Positions 43,700 to 58,289 of a stretch of 64,000 nucleotides of DNA are shown here, piece by piece. Position 1 is the stretch's first letter, and each line of letters begins with the position of its first letter. The position numbers and the translations under genes were made by a program. The notes below the pieces were generated by a model that searched no databases, was not told the DNA's origin, and saw only the letters and a program-made list of their open reading frames with translations. Origin of the DNA: Octopus vulgaris (Eukaryota); NCBI GenBank assembly GCA_951406725.2, contig OX597839.1, positions 12,772,001-12,836,000 of the forward strand, in the 5' to 3' direction.

Positions 43700-44700
43700 G
43701 GAAAATCCAGAATTCTGGACCATCTCTGGTCACAAGATTGCTGGATATGAGGTTCAGTGCCTGTATATATATACGTGAGCAAATAGATATCTTTGTGAGT
43801 TTGTTGTACATTGGTATGTCCACTGATACTGACTGTCACTCGATCATGACCTTTATCAATATATTTGCTAGTATATTTATCTGATTTTACAGATGCACAT
43901 ATCTCTACATTAAAATGACCTCCTTTTTTGACTAAAAAGAAGTGAGGAATATGGTACTACTGAACGATTATCTAATTCAATATTCGACTTTGTAAATGTA
44001 AAAACCATTATTTCGACATCGCTAAAGTGGATAGCCATTATACCTGTGTAATGTATTTTCCTGAAAGTCTTTAGGGAAATGTTCCTAACATTTCCCATCA
44101 ACCATACATGTTGCATTGGATTTATCTCTCCCACATGAACCATCTAGCATGTTGTTGGTGACATGTCGAAACAGAATTGGCTGTGTTTGTGGATTGGAAG
44201 TTCTGCATAAACGAATTTATCATAATGTTCTGGATCTTTTTTTAATACGAACAACATATGACAATGGAGTAGCACATGCTTTTGAAACTCTATAGTCCAC
44301 ATGTACCCTGCAACCTCTCCCACATGTACCCTACAACCTCTTCCACATGTATTCTGTAATCTCTTCCACATGTACCCTACAACCTCTTCCACGTGTATTC
44401 TGTAACCTCTCCCACATGTACCCTGCAACCTCTCCCACATGTACCCTACAACCTCTTCCACGTGTATTCTGTAACATCTCCCACATGTACCCTGCAACCT
44501 CTCCCACATGCACCCTACAACCTCTCCCACATGTACCCTGCAACCTCTCCCACATGTACCCTGCAATCACTCCAACATGTTCTCTGCAACCTCTCCCAAA
44601 ACATTCTTCTCCAAAACATCATGCAAGAGTTCCCAAACTTTCATATTAAATATTCTGTCAGTTAACTCTGGTCTGTCTGCTAGTGTCTGTCCTGGATAAA
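43700..44700 (-). pseudogene. Helitron Rep (HUH endonuclease) remnant
   Basis: TIEFQKHVLLHCHML (cf. EFQKRGLPHxH), DKFVYAELP, MVH, LDNRSVVPYS and DKGHDR in broken frames. Confidence 0.75.
44298..44598. repeat. 23-bp minisatellite, about 13 copies
   Basis: Unit cacatgtaccctgcaacctctcc with variants. Confidence 0.92.
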
Positions 44701-44904
44701 CTTCATCTGTGATACTGGTCGAGCGACAAAAATTCTGACACGAAATGAAAATTAAATTACGGCGATGTACTTACGTAGAAAGTAATTTGATCTGAGATCA
44801 TATGCTGAAACAATATCAGTTGCAGCGTGGAAGATGATTATCAGCCATTTAAGAAAATAAACAGGGAGAGAATGACAAAAATTTGTAGAGTTCAGCAGTC
44901 CAAC

Positions 44905-45125
44905 ATGGTGAACATATGTATGTATTTGTGTGTCTGTGTCCCCACCACCATCGCTTGTCAACAGATGTTGGTGTGTTTACATCCCTGTAACTTAGCAGTT
45001 CGGCAAAAGAGTCTGATAGAATAAGTACTAGGCTTACAAAGAATAACTCCTGGGGTTGATTTGTTCAACTAAAGGCAATGCTCCAGCATGGCTGCAGTGA
45101 ACTGACTGAAACAGGTAAATGAATA
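44905..45125 (+). mobile_element. SINE 3' half
   Basis: Family body and tail. Confidence 0.7.
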
Positions 45126-45270
45126 ATTGTGTGCATGCATGAGAGAGATAGAAACTGATGACCTAAATACAATTATGTAATTGAAATCGTCTATTGTATC
45201 AGTGACTGCCACTACTACCCACTCCCACTCTGTCATTCACTTTTTTTCCTCACCTGCGTGAACAGCTACA

Positions 45271-45278
45271 TATATAAG
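45271..45278 (+). promoter_or_regulatory. Possible TATA box of IMD-like copy 2
   Basis: tatataag about 75 bp upstream of the ATG; weak evidence in AT-rich DNA. Confidence 0.25.
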
Positions 45279-45347
45279 CTATATATTGTGTTTCTTGTGC
45301 TGTAGCTTCTTGTTGAACGTCATTCACAGAAAATAGTTGGGACCACC

Positions 45348-45373
45348 ATGGATGGATACAAAGAAATACATCG
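45348..45373 (+). CDS. Exon 1 (coding part) of IMD-like copy 2: MDGYKEIH(R)
   Basis: Strong Kozak context accaccATGG; phase-2 donor CG|gttagt matches the phase-2 acceptor of exon 2 (CG+A = Arg). Confidence 0.65.
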
Positions 45374-46064
45374 GTTAGTTAACTTTTCAAATAAGTTTTA
45401 GTTTTAAATAACCTCATTCTTTTTGTTAGTTTATATTCTGTGCCTGTTAGATCTCTATCGAATCCTGAAACTTTCTTATATTAAAATGAACTATCTTAAT
45501 ACTGTACTGCCAACCAGGAAGTAACAGCACTCCATATAACTTATAACTTTTTGATTTTTTTGGAATTTTCTGAAAATTTTAGTGATCTTGTGTTCTATAC
45601 ATGGGAATTCATATGTGTTCTATACACAGGAATTCATATGTGTTCTATACACAGGAATCCAAATGATTATGAAAACTTAATACTGTACTGCCAACCAGGA
45701 AGTACCAGCACTCCATAAAACCTCTTATAACTTTTTGATTTTTTGGAATTTTCAGAAAATTTTTGTGTGTTTGTGTTCTATACATAGGAATTCTTATGTT
45801 TATGAAACCTAAAACATTTGGTGTGTGCGTTTAAGGCAATATAACTTTATTTTAGCACAGCTCACAAATACCTCATGTCTTCCTTGCATTGATGTTTTTC
45901 AATGTTTTTCTCCCCATAAACACATTTAATGGAATGATGATGCACTCAAGGGTGGTTAATTGCTGGAATTTATTAATAAGAAAAAAAATTGAAAAAGTTT
46001 CAACTTTTAGGAGTAGAGTTAAAAAAAATTAAGAAAAGAAAATTTTTTTTCATAATCATATATG

Positions 46065-46480
46065 GAGGCATGGCTGTGTGGTGAGAAGCATAGTTCGCAA
46101 CCACATGGTTCTGGGTTCAGTCCCATTACATGGCACCTCAAGTAAGTGTTTTCTATCATATTCTCAGGCCAACCAAAGACTCAAGAATGGATTTGGTAGA
46201 TGGAAACTGAAAGAAGCCCACATATATATGGCTATTTATATACATGTATATATAAATGTAGCCATGTGTGTGTGTCTTTATGTCTATGATTGTCCACCCG
46301 TCATCACTTGACAACTGGTATTGGTGTGATTATGTCACTGTAACTTTGCAGTCCAGCAAAAGTGACTGATAGAATAAATGCCAGGCTTAAAAATAAGCAC
46401 TGGAATTGATTTGTGACCCCTTCAAGGTGATACTGTAGTATAGGCTCAATCAAATGACTGAAACAACTAGAAAAAATAAG
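46065..46480 (+). mobile_element. SINE, diverged
   Basis: tggctgtgtggtgagaagc...gggttcagtccc head and family tail. Confidence 0.7.
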
Positions 46481-46542
46481 GAACAAATTCATCATTCCAT
46501 TAAAAGTCCCATCATTATACGTTGGGGCCCACACTGTAAGCA

Positions 46543-46581
<39 letters not shown>

Positions 46582-46583
<2 letters not shown>

Positions 46584-46880
46584 CAATAAGAAAATGGAGG
46601 GGATCAATAGGTGGATCATCAACTTTTAGACACTATATTATAAATAAAGAAGTTAACATAACACAATGTGATGAACCACCTCTTGATCCCCTCTATTTTC
46701 TAATTGCTCTATAAATTAATGGTAAAATATCTCTTTACCTTCACCCATTTAGTACACTAGGTAAAGTAATTGCAATGCAATAAAAAACACTTGTGTATTA
46801 ATAATTGGGTATTCTACCAACAGTATATTGGATAAATTTTATCCCTTAGTGGGTTGCATTCATAACCTCTAACTTTCTTA
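46582..46880. mobile_element. TA-flanked fold-back insert (probable Penelope-like fragment)
   Basis: Inverted repeat agcaat..gaaaatggaggggatcaataggtggatcatca / tgatgaaccacctcttgatcccctctattttc..attgct. Confidence 0.5.
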
Positions 46881-48758
<1,878 letters not shown>

Positions 48759-48911
48759 AAAATAAATATAAGAGAGTGGTCACTATATGGCTCACTCTAG
48801 CACCAGTTAATCCAAAAGGTTTCAACTACAAAAATACATGTTTCCCATGAAAGTCAGTACGATTGTTAGCTCACACGGACAGGGCAAATAAAAAATAACA
48901 AATACAGATTA

Positions 48912-48993
48912 TTTTGGGACAATTGTTTCGCTATTAATGAATTAAATGTAATTTTACTTACAATAAAATCCACTTGTAGCTCTTCAGCCAAAA
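48912..48993 (-). ncRNA. Type I hammerhead ribozyme (family D)
   Basis: ttttgg-CTGAAGA-gcta...tagc-GAAAC-aatt-GTC-ccaaaa on the minus strand. Confidence 0.87.
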
Positions 48994-49444
48994 CTATCTG
49001 GATGAAATCCACTCAATCACACGCCAGATTTTACCATAACGATAAATACGCGTGTGGTTCAATTGATTACATCCGACGTTATAATTCAAATGCCCCAACT
49101 AACAGCGCGCCAAATTTTCACGGAAAACAAATACAGCATTTAGAAATAAATGCAGCATAATTATAATTAATTAATAAGGGTGAGAGAATTAGATACTAAT
49201 TTAATAGTATATCTATTCTACACCAAGTGGCCTAGTGCTCCGAGAAACCTGGATTATTATAATATTTTATAATATATTATAATATTTTTACAAAATAAAT
49301 ATAAGAGAGTGGTCACTATATGACTCACTCTAGCACCAGTTAATCCAAAAGGTTTCAACCACAAAAATACATGTTTCCCATGAAAGTCAGTACGATTGTT
49401 AGCTCACACGGACAGGGCAAATAAAAAATAACAAATACAGATTA

Positions 49445-49526
49445 TTTTGGGACAATTGTTTCGCTATTAATGAATTAAATGTAATTTTACTTACAATAAA
49501 ATCCACTTGTAGCTCTTCAGCCAAAA
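49445..49526 (-). ncRNA. Type I hammerhead ribozyme (family D)
   Basis: Same motif in the second unit. Confidence 0.87.
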
Positions 49527-49975
49527 CTATCTGGATGAAATCCACTCAATCACACGCCAGATTTTACCATAACGATAAATACGCGTGTGGTTCAATTGAT
49601 TACATCCGACGTTATAATTCAAATGCCCCAACTAACAGCGCCAAATTTTCACGGAAAACAAATACAGCATTTAGAAATAAATGCAGCATAATTATAATTA
49701 ATTAATAAGGGTGAGAGAATTAGATACTAATTTAATAGTATATCAATTCTACACCAAGTGGCCTAGTGCTCCGAGAAACCTGGATTATTATAATATTTTA
49801 TAATATATTATAATATTTTTACAAAATAAATATAAGAGAGTGGTCACTATATGGCTCACTCTAGCACCAGTTAATCCAAAAGGTTTCAACCACAAAAATA
49901 CATGTTTCCCATGAAAGTCAGTACGATTGTTAGCTCACATGGACAGGGCAAATAAAAAATAACAAATACAGATTA

Positions 49976-50057
49976 TTTTGGGACAATTGTTTCGCTATTA
50001 ATGAATTAAATGTAATTTTACTTACAATAAAATCCACTTGTAGCTCTTCAGCCAAAA
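49976..50057 (-). ncRNA. Type I hammerhead ribozyme (family D)
   Basis: Same motif in the third unit. Confidence 0.87.
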
Positions 50058-50299
50058 CTATCTGGATGAAATCCACTCAATCACACGCCAGATTTTACCA
50101 TAACGATAAATACGCGTGTGGTTCAATTGATTACATCCGACGTTATAATTCAAATGCCCCAACTAACAGCGCGCCAAATTTTCACGGAAAACAAATACAG
50201 CATTTGAATTATAACGTCGGATGTAATCAATTGAACCACACGCGTATTTATCGTTATGGTAAAATCTGGCGTGTGATTGAGTGGATTTCATCCAGATAG

Positions 50300-50381
50300 T
50301 TTTGGCTGAAGAGCTACAAGTGGATTTTATTGTAAGTAAAATTACATTTAATTCATTAATAGCGAAACAATTGTCCCAAAA
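50300..50381 (+). ncRNA. Type I hammerhead ribozyme (family D, inverted copy)
   Basis: ttttggctgaagagcta...tagcgaaacaattgtcccaaaa read directly; predicted cleavage after 50375. Confidence 0.87.
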
Positions 50382-50832
50382 TAATCTGTATTTGTTATTT
50401 TTTATTTGCCCTGTCCGTGTGAGCTAACAATCGTACTGACTTTCATGGGAAACATGTATTTTTGTGGTTGAAACCTTTTGGATTAACTGGTGCTAGAGCG
50501 AGCCATATAGTGACCACTCTCTTATATTTATTTTGTAAAAATATTATAATATATTATAAAATATTATAATAATCCAGGTTTCTCGGAGCACTAGGCCACT
50601 TGGTGTAGAATAGATATACTATTAAATTAGTATCTAATTCTCTCACCCTTATTAATTAATTATAATTATGCTGCATTTATTTCTAAATGCTGTATTTGTT
50701 TTCCGTGAAAATTTGGCGCGCTGTTAGTTGGGGCATTTGAATTATAACGTCGGATGTAATCAATTGAACCACACGCGTATTTATCGTTATGGTAAAATCT
50801 GGCATGTGATTGAGTGGATTTCATCCAGATAG

Positions 50833-50914
50833 TTTTGGCTGAAGAGCTACAAGTGGATTTTATTGTAAGTAAAATTACATTTAATTCATTAATAGCGAAA
50901 CAATTGTCCCAAAA
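50833..50914 (+). ncRNA. Type I hammerhead ribozyme (family D, inverted copy)
   Basis: Same motif. Confidence 0.87.
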
Positions 50915-51204
50915 TAATCTGTATTTGTTATTTTTTATTTGCCCTGTCCGTGTGAGCTAACAATCGTACTGACTTTCATGGGAAACATGTATTTTTGTGG
51001 TTGAAACCTTTTGGATTAACTGGTGCTAGAGCGAGCCATATAGTGACCACTCTCTTATATTTATTTTGTAAAAATATTATAATATATTATAAAATATTAT
51101 AATAATCCAGGTTTCTCGGAGCACTAGGCCACTTGGTGTAGAATAGATATACTATTAAATTAGTATCTAATTCTCTCACCCTTATTAATTAATTATATAT
51201 ATAC

Positions 51205-51235
<31 letters not shown>

Positions 51236-51258
51236 CATATATATATATACATATATAC

Positions 51259-51295
<37 letters not shown>

Positions 51296-51468
51296 TCTAT
51301 ATATATACCAATTAAGGACTGAACACGAAAAGGTGGACAGTCAACATGCTAGATATAGACGTCAAATAGCCATTCTCCACAAAGATTTTGTTCTCAAATA
51401 AAAATAAAATTCAGCACGACCTAAAGCAATGGATGAGACAAAAGAAATATACTAAATGGAATAATTAC

Positions 51469-51528
51469 CTACGTACTGCAGTTTCAGTTATTAATATCAC
51501 AAGGATATCTGTAACTTCATCAGCGTAG
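51469..51528 (-). ncRNA. Type I hammerhead ribozyme (family E, GUA triplet)
   Basis: ctacg-CTGATGA-agtta...taact-GAAAC-tgca-GTA-cgtag on the minus strand. Confidence 0.87.
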
Positions 51529-52268
51529 TTTGTTATGAGCATAATATGCTGTACTAGATGAAAAACGGTACCGGAGTCCCGCATGCAAAAAGTACAACCT
51601 ATTACGTTCGGATGTATCTTTCGAATGCCTCTACTTTTGGCGCGCTGATAATCGAAAAACTAGCCTGCAGCCAATAAATTAGCAGCAGTCAATTTATCGG
51701 TTTGAGAACATATATTTCATGTTTAAAAATTAAGGGTAGAAATTGATATTAGTCAATTAAAACCAGTGGTCTAGCACATTAAAAAGAATCCGAAGATTAA
51801 AATATTTATATATACCAATTAAGGTATATACCATTTAGTATATTTCTTTTGTCTCATCCATTGCTTTAGGTCGTGGTGAATTTTATTTTTATTTGAGAAC
51901 AAAATCTTTGTGGAGAATGGCGATTTGACGTCTATATCTAGCATGTTGACTGTCCACCTTTTCGTGTTCAGTCCTTAATTGGTATATATAAATATTTTAA
52001 TCTTCGGATTCTTTTTAATGTGCTAGACCACTGGTTTTAATTGACTAATATCAATTTCTACCCTTAATTTTTAAATATGAAATATATGTTCTCAAACCGA
52101 TAAATTGACTGCTGCTAATTTATTGGCTGCAGGCTAGTTTTTCGATTATCAGCGCGCCAAAAGTAGAGGCATTCGAAAGATACATCCGAACGTAATAGGT
52201 TGTACTTTTTGCATGCGGGACTCCGGTACCGTTTTTCATCTAGTACAGCATATTATGCTCATAACAAA

Positions 52269-52328
52269 CTACGCTGATGAAGTTACAGATATCCTTGTGA
52301 TATTAATAACTGAAACTGCAGTACGTAG
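52269..52328 (+). ncRNA. Type I hammerhead ribozyme (family E, inverted copy)
   Basis: ctacgctgatgaagtta...taactgaaactgcagtacgtag read directly; predicted cleavage after 52323. Confidence 0.87.
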
Positions 52329-52645
52329 GTAATTATTCCATTTAGTATATTTCTTTTGTCTCATCCATTGCTTTAGGTCGTGCTGAATTTTATTTTTATT
52401 TGAGAACAAAATCTTTGTGGAGAATGGCGATTTGACGTCTATATCTAGCATGTTGACTGTCCACCTTTTCGTGTTCAGTCCTTAATTGGTATATATAAAT
52501 ATTTTAATCTTCGGATTCTTTTTAATGTGCTAGACCACTGGTTTTAATTGACTAATATCAATTTCTACCCTTAATTTTTATATACAAATATATATATATA
52601 TACAAATATATACATATATATATATATATATATACATATATATAC

Positions 52646-52702
<57 letters not shown>

Positions 52703-52717
52703 TATACATATATATAC

Positions 52718-52897
<180 letters not shown>

Positions 52898-52902
52898 TAT
52901 AC

Positions 52903-52973
<71 letters not shown>

Positions 52974-53474
52974 CTAGCAGTATCGCCCGGCGTTGCTCAG
53001 GTTTGTAAGGGAAATAACTATAAAGCATTTTTAGAGAGTTATAGCCAAAAAATAGCAAAAAATGGAAAAAAATTATGGTAAATTTTTTTTTGAGAGTTAA
53101 AAAAGGATGGAGTTGCGTCCCCTAGACAGTTTGTGGTTCGTGTTTCTGATTCTGGACCCCATGTCAGAATTTATCGATTTTTTCAGAACTGGGGGAACTT
53201 TTCAAAATTTTGGCTGCGTTAGTTTTGAATTATGACATTGGGCTATATGTGTGTCAAGTTTCATCAGAATCGGTTGAAAGCCGTGGTCAGGGTGAGGGTA
53301 CAAGCAAACAGACACACAGAAACACGCACAGACAAACTGCCGTTTATATATAGAGAGATATACATATATATATATACATACATATATATATATACATATA
53401 TATCTATATACACATATATATATACATATATATATATACATACATATATATATATACATATATACATATATATC

Positions 53475-53544
<70 letters not shown>

Positions 53545-56500
53545 CATATAAAACTTAAAGGACTGACCACTAAAAGTGGACGGTCAATATGCTAGATATA
53601 GACGTCAAAATCTCTATTTTCCACGAAGAATGTGTTCTCAAATAAAAACTCAGCACAACCCAAAGTGTAAAAAATAAGCAAGACAAGTGAAAATATATAT
53701 ATATAAGAAAATAGTTGACAATGGAATAAACTATTATCTTTTGAACCTCACTAGCTTACAGGTGTTTTCACTATAAGATGTGGTGGACTCATATTTGAGT
53801 GCTTCTGTAATACCCTTCAGCTTCATCAGAGCTTGGAACATGAACTGCTTTTTGTTTGGGAAGACAAATACATTTAAGCATATTTGCAGGAAAGTATTAC
53901 TGATGTGGATGCATATGTAGTTCATTTTAAGATGTTTTTCGTCTCTTCTCTCTCTAGGTAACTTCATTTCCTCCTCACTTGTTCCTGTAACTCTTTTTCT
54001 TTCTCCTATTGTATAATATGCACACTTAACCCTTTTGTTACCAACCTGGCCAAAACCGCCTCTGGCTCTGTAGTACAAATGTCTTGTTTTCCTAAGTTTT
54101 GAATTAAAATCTTCCACCAAACCTTAGTCACAATTTATGTTCCTAACACTAGCTTAATGGTAACTAAGTTATTTTATTAAATTCTTTGTTATATTTAAAA
54201 TAATTGAAAGAAACACAGAGCATCTCAACAGAAATATGGTAACAAAAGGGTTAAATATATACATTCATGTTTGTGGAATCAACTCATAATAGATATTTTG
54301 TTCATCTTTCATTTTTATTCCAGAGAAGATGAAACTGATGCTGTACCATTAAACAATTCTGAAACCAATACAGAGCCTGTATGCTTTGAAACGTCCATCA
54401 GTAACTCTGATACATTACCTAGTCTTAGTGAAACTCCAGAAACTAAAGCAGTGCCCATAATTAATGAAAATGACAGAAATGATGACGATTCAATACCCAA
54501 GCCTACAAAAGAAAGCCACAATAAAATAAGGGCAATACCCAAATCTAATGAAGATAGCGACAGTAAAACTGATGCAGTACCTCAACCTTGTGATTATCCT
54601 AGCAAGAATACTCCTGCCATGTTGGTCCTAAAGGAACTCGTAGCTATAATATGCAAGCAACACTCCTTCCCAGAGAGGATCCCAGAAAAGAATTTGACCC
54701 AAGATGCCATAAAGATGATCTATTTCACAACCAGCCAGACTCCTCTTATAATGATCCTCATTCAGAAGGAGCAAAAGCTCTAAACATGTTTTCACAATGC
54801 TGTATGCTCCAAACTTTTTTATATTTCCTTAGATAAATTCATCATCATTACTTTGCATTGCTTCCCTATCATAATTTCTTAATTATCATTACTTATTATG
54901 CTGTCATCATTACTTTTCCATCGCTTATTTATCATCATTACTCTCTTATTATTATTTACAAATATTCTTTGTAATCATTACTTTCCCGTTATTACTTCAT
55001 CATCATTACTTCTCCATCAGTCTTTGTCAATCATTACTTTGTCATCATTGCTATTTTTACTTTGTTAGCAACACTTCGTCATTATTATTTTGTTATCCTT
55101 ACTGTTTCATCCTGAATTACCTACATCATCTACATCATCGCTTTGTTTTCCCTTTGTCATAATTCATCATCATCTGATTTGGAAACTTACTTGTACCAAT
55201 ACAACTCTCCCATTCCAAGTATCCCGAATAAGCCATATGGCATGCACATCTGGCCTGGGTTTTAATCACCTTGGTCTTTCATGAGCTAAAATATCTCACT
55301 TGCACTTGCCACAACTACAGATAAAAGCAGTATTTTACTAACAAGACAATCCTGATCATTGACACTTTGTTGTTTGTTCATTCACTCAGCATCTAGTGGC
55401 ATTTGTCACTGATTCAAGAAATTAGTTTGCCAAAATAATTCACATTCACCATGCTGCATCCCATAACTTCAGTGTACCCTGGCTCAGGTAGTTTCATGCT
55501 ATTTAGGCCTTATCTGGGACTCTGACAGGTGCTACTACTCAGGCCAAAGTAGACCTGGGAACAACAAACAGTGGCTAACAGAGGTGGTTCCACATTCCTC
55601 AAAACCCTGGTGGTCCTGAACTACTGGATGGGGTTTCACTCTTTAGCATTTAAACTGGCCATATCTAACTCAAATATTCTTATTTCTTTATTGCCCTCAA
55701 GGGGCTAAACATAGAGGGGACAAACAAGGACAGACAAAGGAATTAAGTCGATTATATCAACCCCAGTGCGTAACTGGTACTTAATTTATCGGCCTCGAAA
55801 GGATGAAAGGCAAAGTCGACCTCGGCGGAATTTGAACTCAGAACATAACCAGTCTGCCAAATGAAGCACTAGCTCTGCTCATTCTGTATGTGATTTCCTG
55901 GTCCAGTCATGCATTATCTGAGATGGTACTGCCTAGGTATTTGAATGCTTTGCATTGGGCCAGCCTTTCATATCTAATAGTGATGTTTTCTTCTGTTACA
56001 GGCACATGTAGGTTCTCCACAGGTTGGTAAAGGCATTTGGTTTTTCTAATGTTAATCTTTAAGCTGAATTTTTGTGCAGCTCTAGCAAAGTTACCTACCA
56101 GATTCTGCATATCTTCAGCACTGTAGGCAACTGGTGCACTATCATCAGCATCTTTTGCAATAGGGCCTTTATAATGCATGTCTTTGCTTTATATTGTGCA
56201 GCCTTGAACAGATCAACATCATGCCACATCTAGATGTAAGCCCCACTCCAACTTCCTTAAAGGCAACTTCCAACACTGCTGTGAGATAGAGGGAGAACAG
56301 TGCTGGAGCAAGTATGCACCCCTGACTAACTTCATTTATCACTGCAACCTCACTTGAGGTATTACTATTTTGTACTATAAATGCTTGCATTCCTTCGTGT
56401 AGGACTGATACTGTGTCAAAAGCCATTGTGACATCTATGAAAACTACATACATAGGCATATTCAGCTCAATGCATTTTTCCTGAATTTTGCATAGACAGA

Positions 56501-57155
56501 AGATCATATCCACAGTGCTTCTGCAATGGAAGCCACACTGAGTCTCAGGTAAGACAGATATACTCATTTAGTCTGTTTAATAGAATATGAGCCAAGATCT
56601 TCCCAGCTATTGATAGAAGAGATATTCCTCAGTAGTTTCCAGAGTTCACTTTACAACCTGTTTTGAAGACAAGAATGATGCCTGTGTCTTTCCACTCTTG
56701 TGGAACCGTTTCTGTCTTCCAGATCTGGAGCACAGTGCTATACAGGCTTTTAATAATCTCTACACCTCCATGCTTCCAGATTTCAGTGGGTATTTACTTT
56801 CGTTCAGTTGTTTGATTACGTCATTGAATTGATTGTAAACAGGTTTGTCATCTAAGGATTGGATGATTAGCTGTTGCGTAACCTTCTTGAGAGTGTCATA
56901 GTCCATTGATACTTGGGATATTAAGTAGGCTGTCAAAGTGACTGGCAAATCTATCAAGGATCTCCAGGTTTTCCTGGAATATCGTTTGGCCACCAAGACC
57001 TATGAGTTTTGTTGCGCCTCTACTCTGTGGCTCGCATACCATTCAAAGTCCTGAATAACATGTTTTCATATCATTTTTATCAGCATAATGCTGTAGCTCT
57101 TCAGGGTGTTTGTACTTAATCATTTAGATCACCTGTGAACTAAACCCCCATACTT

Positions 57156-57204
<49 letters not shown>

Positions 57205-57779
57205 AGTAAAGGGTAATGACCTCCTTCAGTCATGAATGACCATGGGATTGCACCTAGGTTCCCCTCTGAGGCACAAGTCTGGTCAAGTTTTTTTGTGGAA
57301 AACCAGCTGTCACCCATGCATACCAGCCCCCCTCTCCGCACCACTGATGTTGTCTAAGGGAAAGGTAATGACTAATACAGCTTGACACCAGTGATGTCAC
57401 AACTCATTTCTACAGCTGAGTGAACTGGAGCAATGCGAAATAAAATGCTTTGCTCAAGAAAACAACACAGAGCCCGATTCAGGAATTGAAGTCATTACCT
57501 CATGATTGTGAACTTGATGCTCTAACCACTGGGCCATACATACACATGCACACAAACGGGCTTCTTTCAGATTTTATCTATCAAATCTACTGAAAAGATT
57601 TTGGTTGACCTGGGGCTATATTAGGAGAGTCTTGTCCAAAGTACCTTGCACTGGGATTGAACTTGGGACTATGTGGTTGAGAAGCAAACTTCTTAATACA
57701 CAGCCATGCCTATGTATATATTATATTCTCAAAAATTTATGCTCTAATGCTAAGTTAGAATTTTATACATTTATTCTAG

Positions 57780-57902
57780 CAAATATTAATATTGGAATAA
57801 GCAATGTATTCATTGGTAACGATAAAGTCACAAATGTATACTCTTCAGAAGATATGAGGAGAAAATGCGTGAATCATAGGGAGAAATTCAGCAAATATTT
57901 CA
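57780..57902 (+). CDS. RHIM-like exon, copy 2 (NINIGISNVFIGNDKVTNV)
   Basis: Same splice sites as 30209-30331, with 7 substitutions. Confidence 0.7.
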
Positions 57903-58238
57903 GTAAGTAAACGCAGTTTCTCTTTGTTGATTTCATATTAATCTTTTATTTGTTTCAGTTATTAGACTGTTGCAATGCCGGGGCACTGCCTTGAGGGATT
58001 TTAGTCGAACTATTCGACCCCCAGCACTCATTTCCTTTTTAAACCTCTTTACTCTTTTACTTGTTTCAGTCATTTGACTGTGGCCATGCTGGAGCACCAC
58101 CTTTAGTCGAGAAAATTGACCCCAGGACTTATTCTTTGTAGGCCTAGTACTTATTCTATCAGTCTCTTTTGCCGAACCGCTAAGTTACAGGGACGCAAAC
58201 ACACCACCATCGGTTGTCAAGTGATGTTGGGGAGACAA

Positions 58239-58289
<51 letters not shown>

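Larger units (their letters stand above)
48759..51196. mobile_element. Hammerhead-bearing element, family D (about 533-bp unit; 2.7 copies then about 1.9 inverted copies)
   Basis: Units start at 48759, 49292 and 49823; inversion at about 50200; TA-flanked. Confidence 0.88.
51308..52578. mobile_element. Hammerhead-bearing element, family E (507-bp unit; one copy then about 1.5 inverted copies)
   Basis: ccaattaagg at 51308 and 51815; inverted arm from 51831 with its unit repeating at 52338; TA-flanked. Confidence 0.85.

Noticed and set aside
44144-44699. Repetitive Cys/Gly-rich ORFs
   Set aside because: Products of the 23-bp minisatellite.
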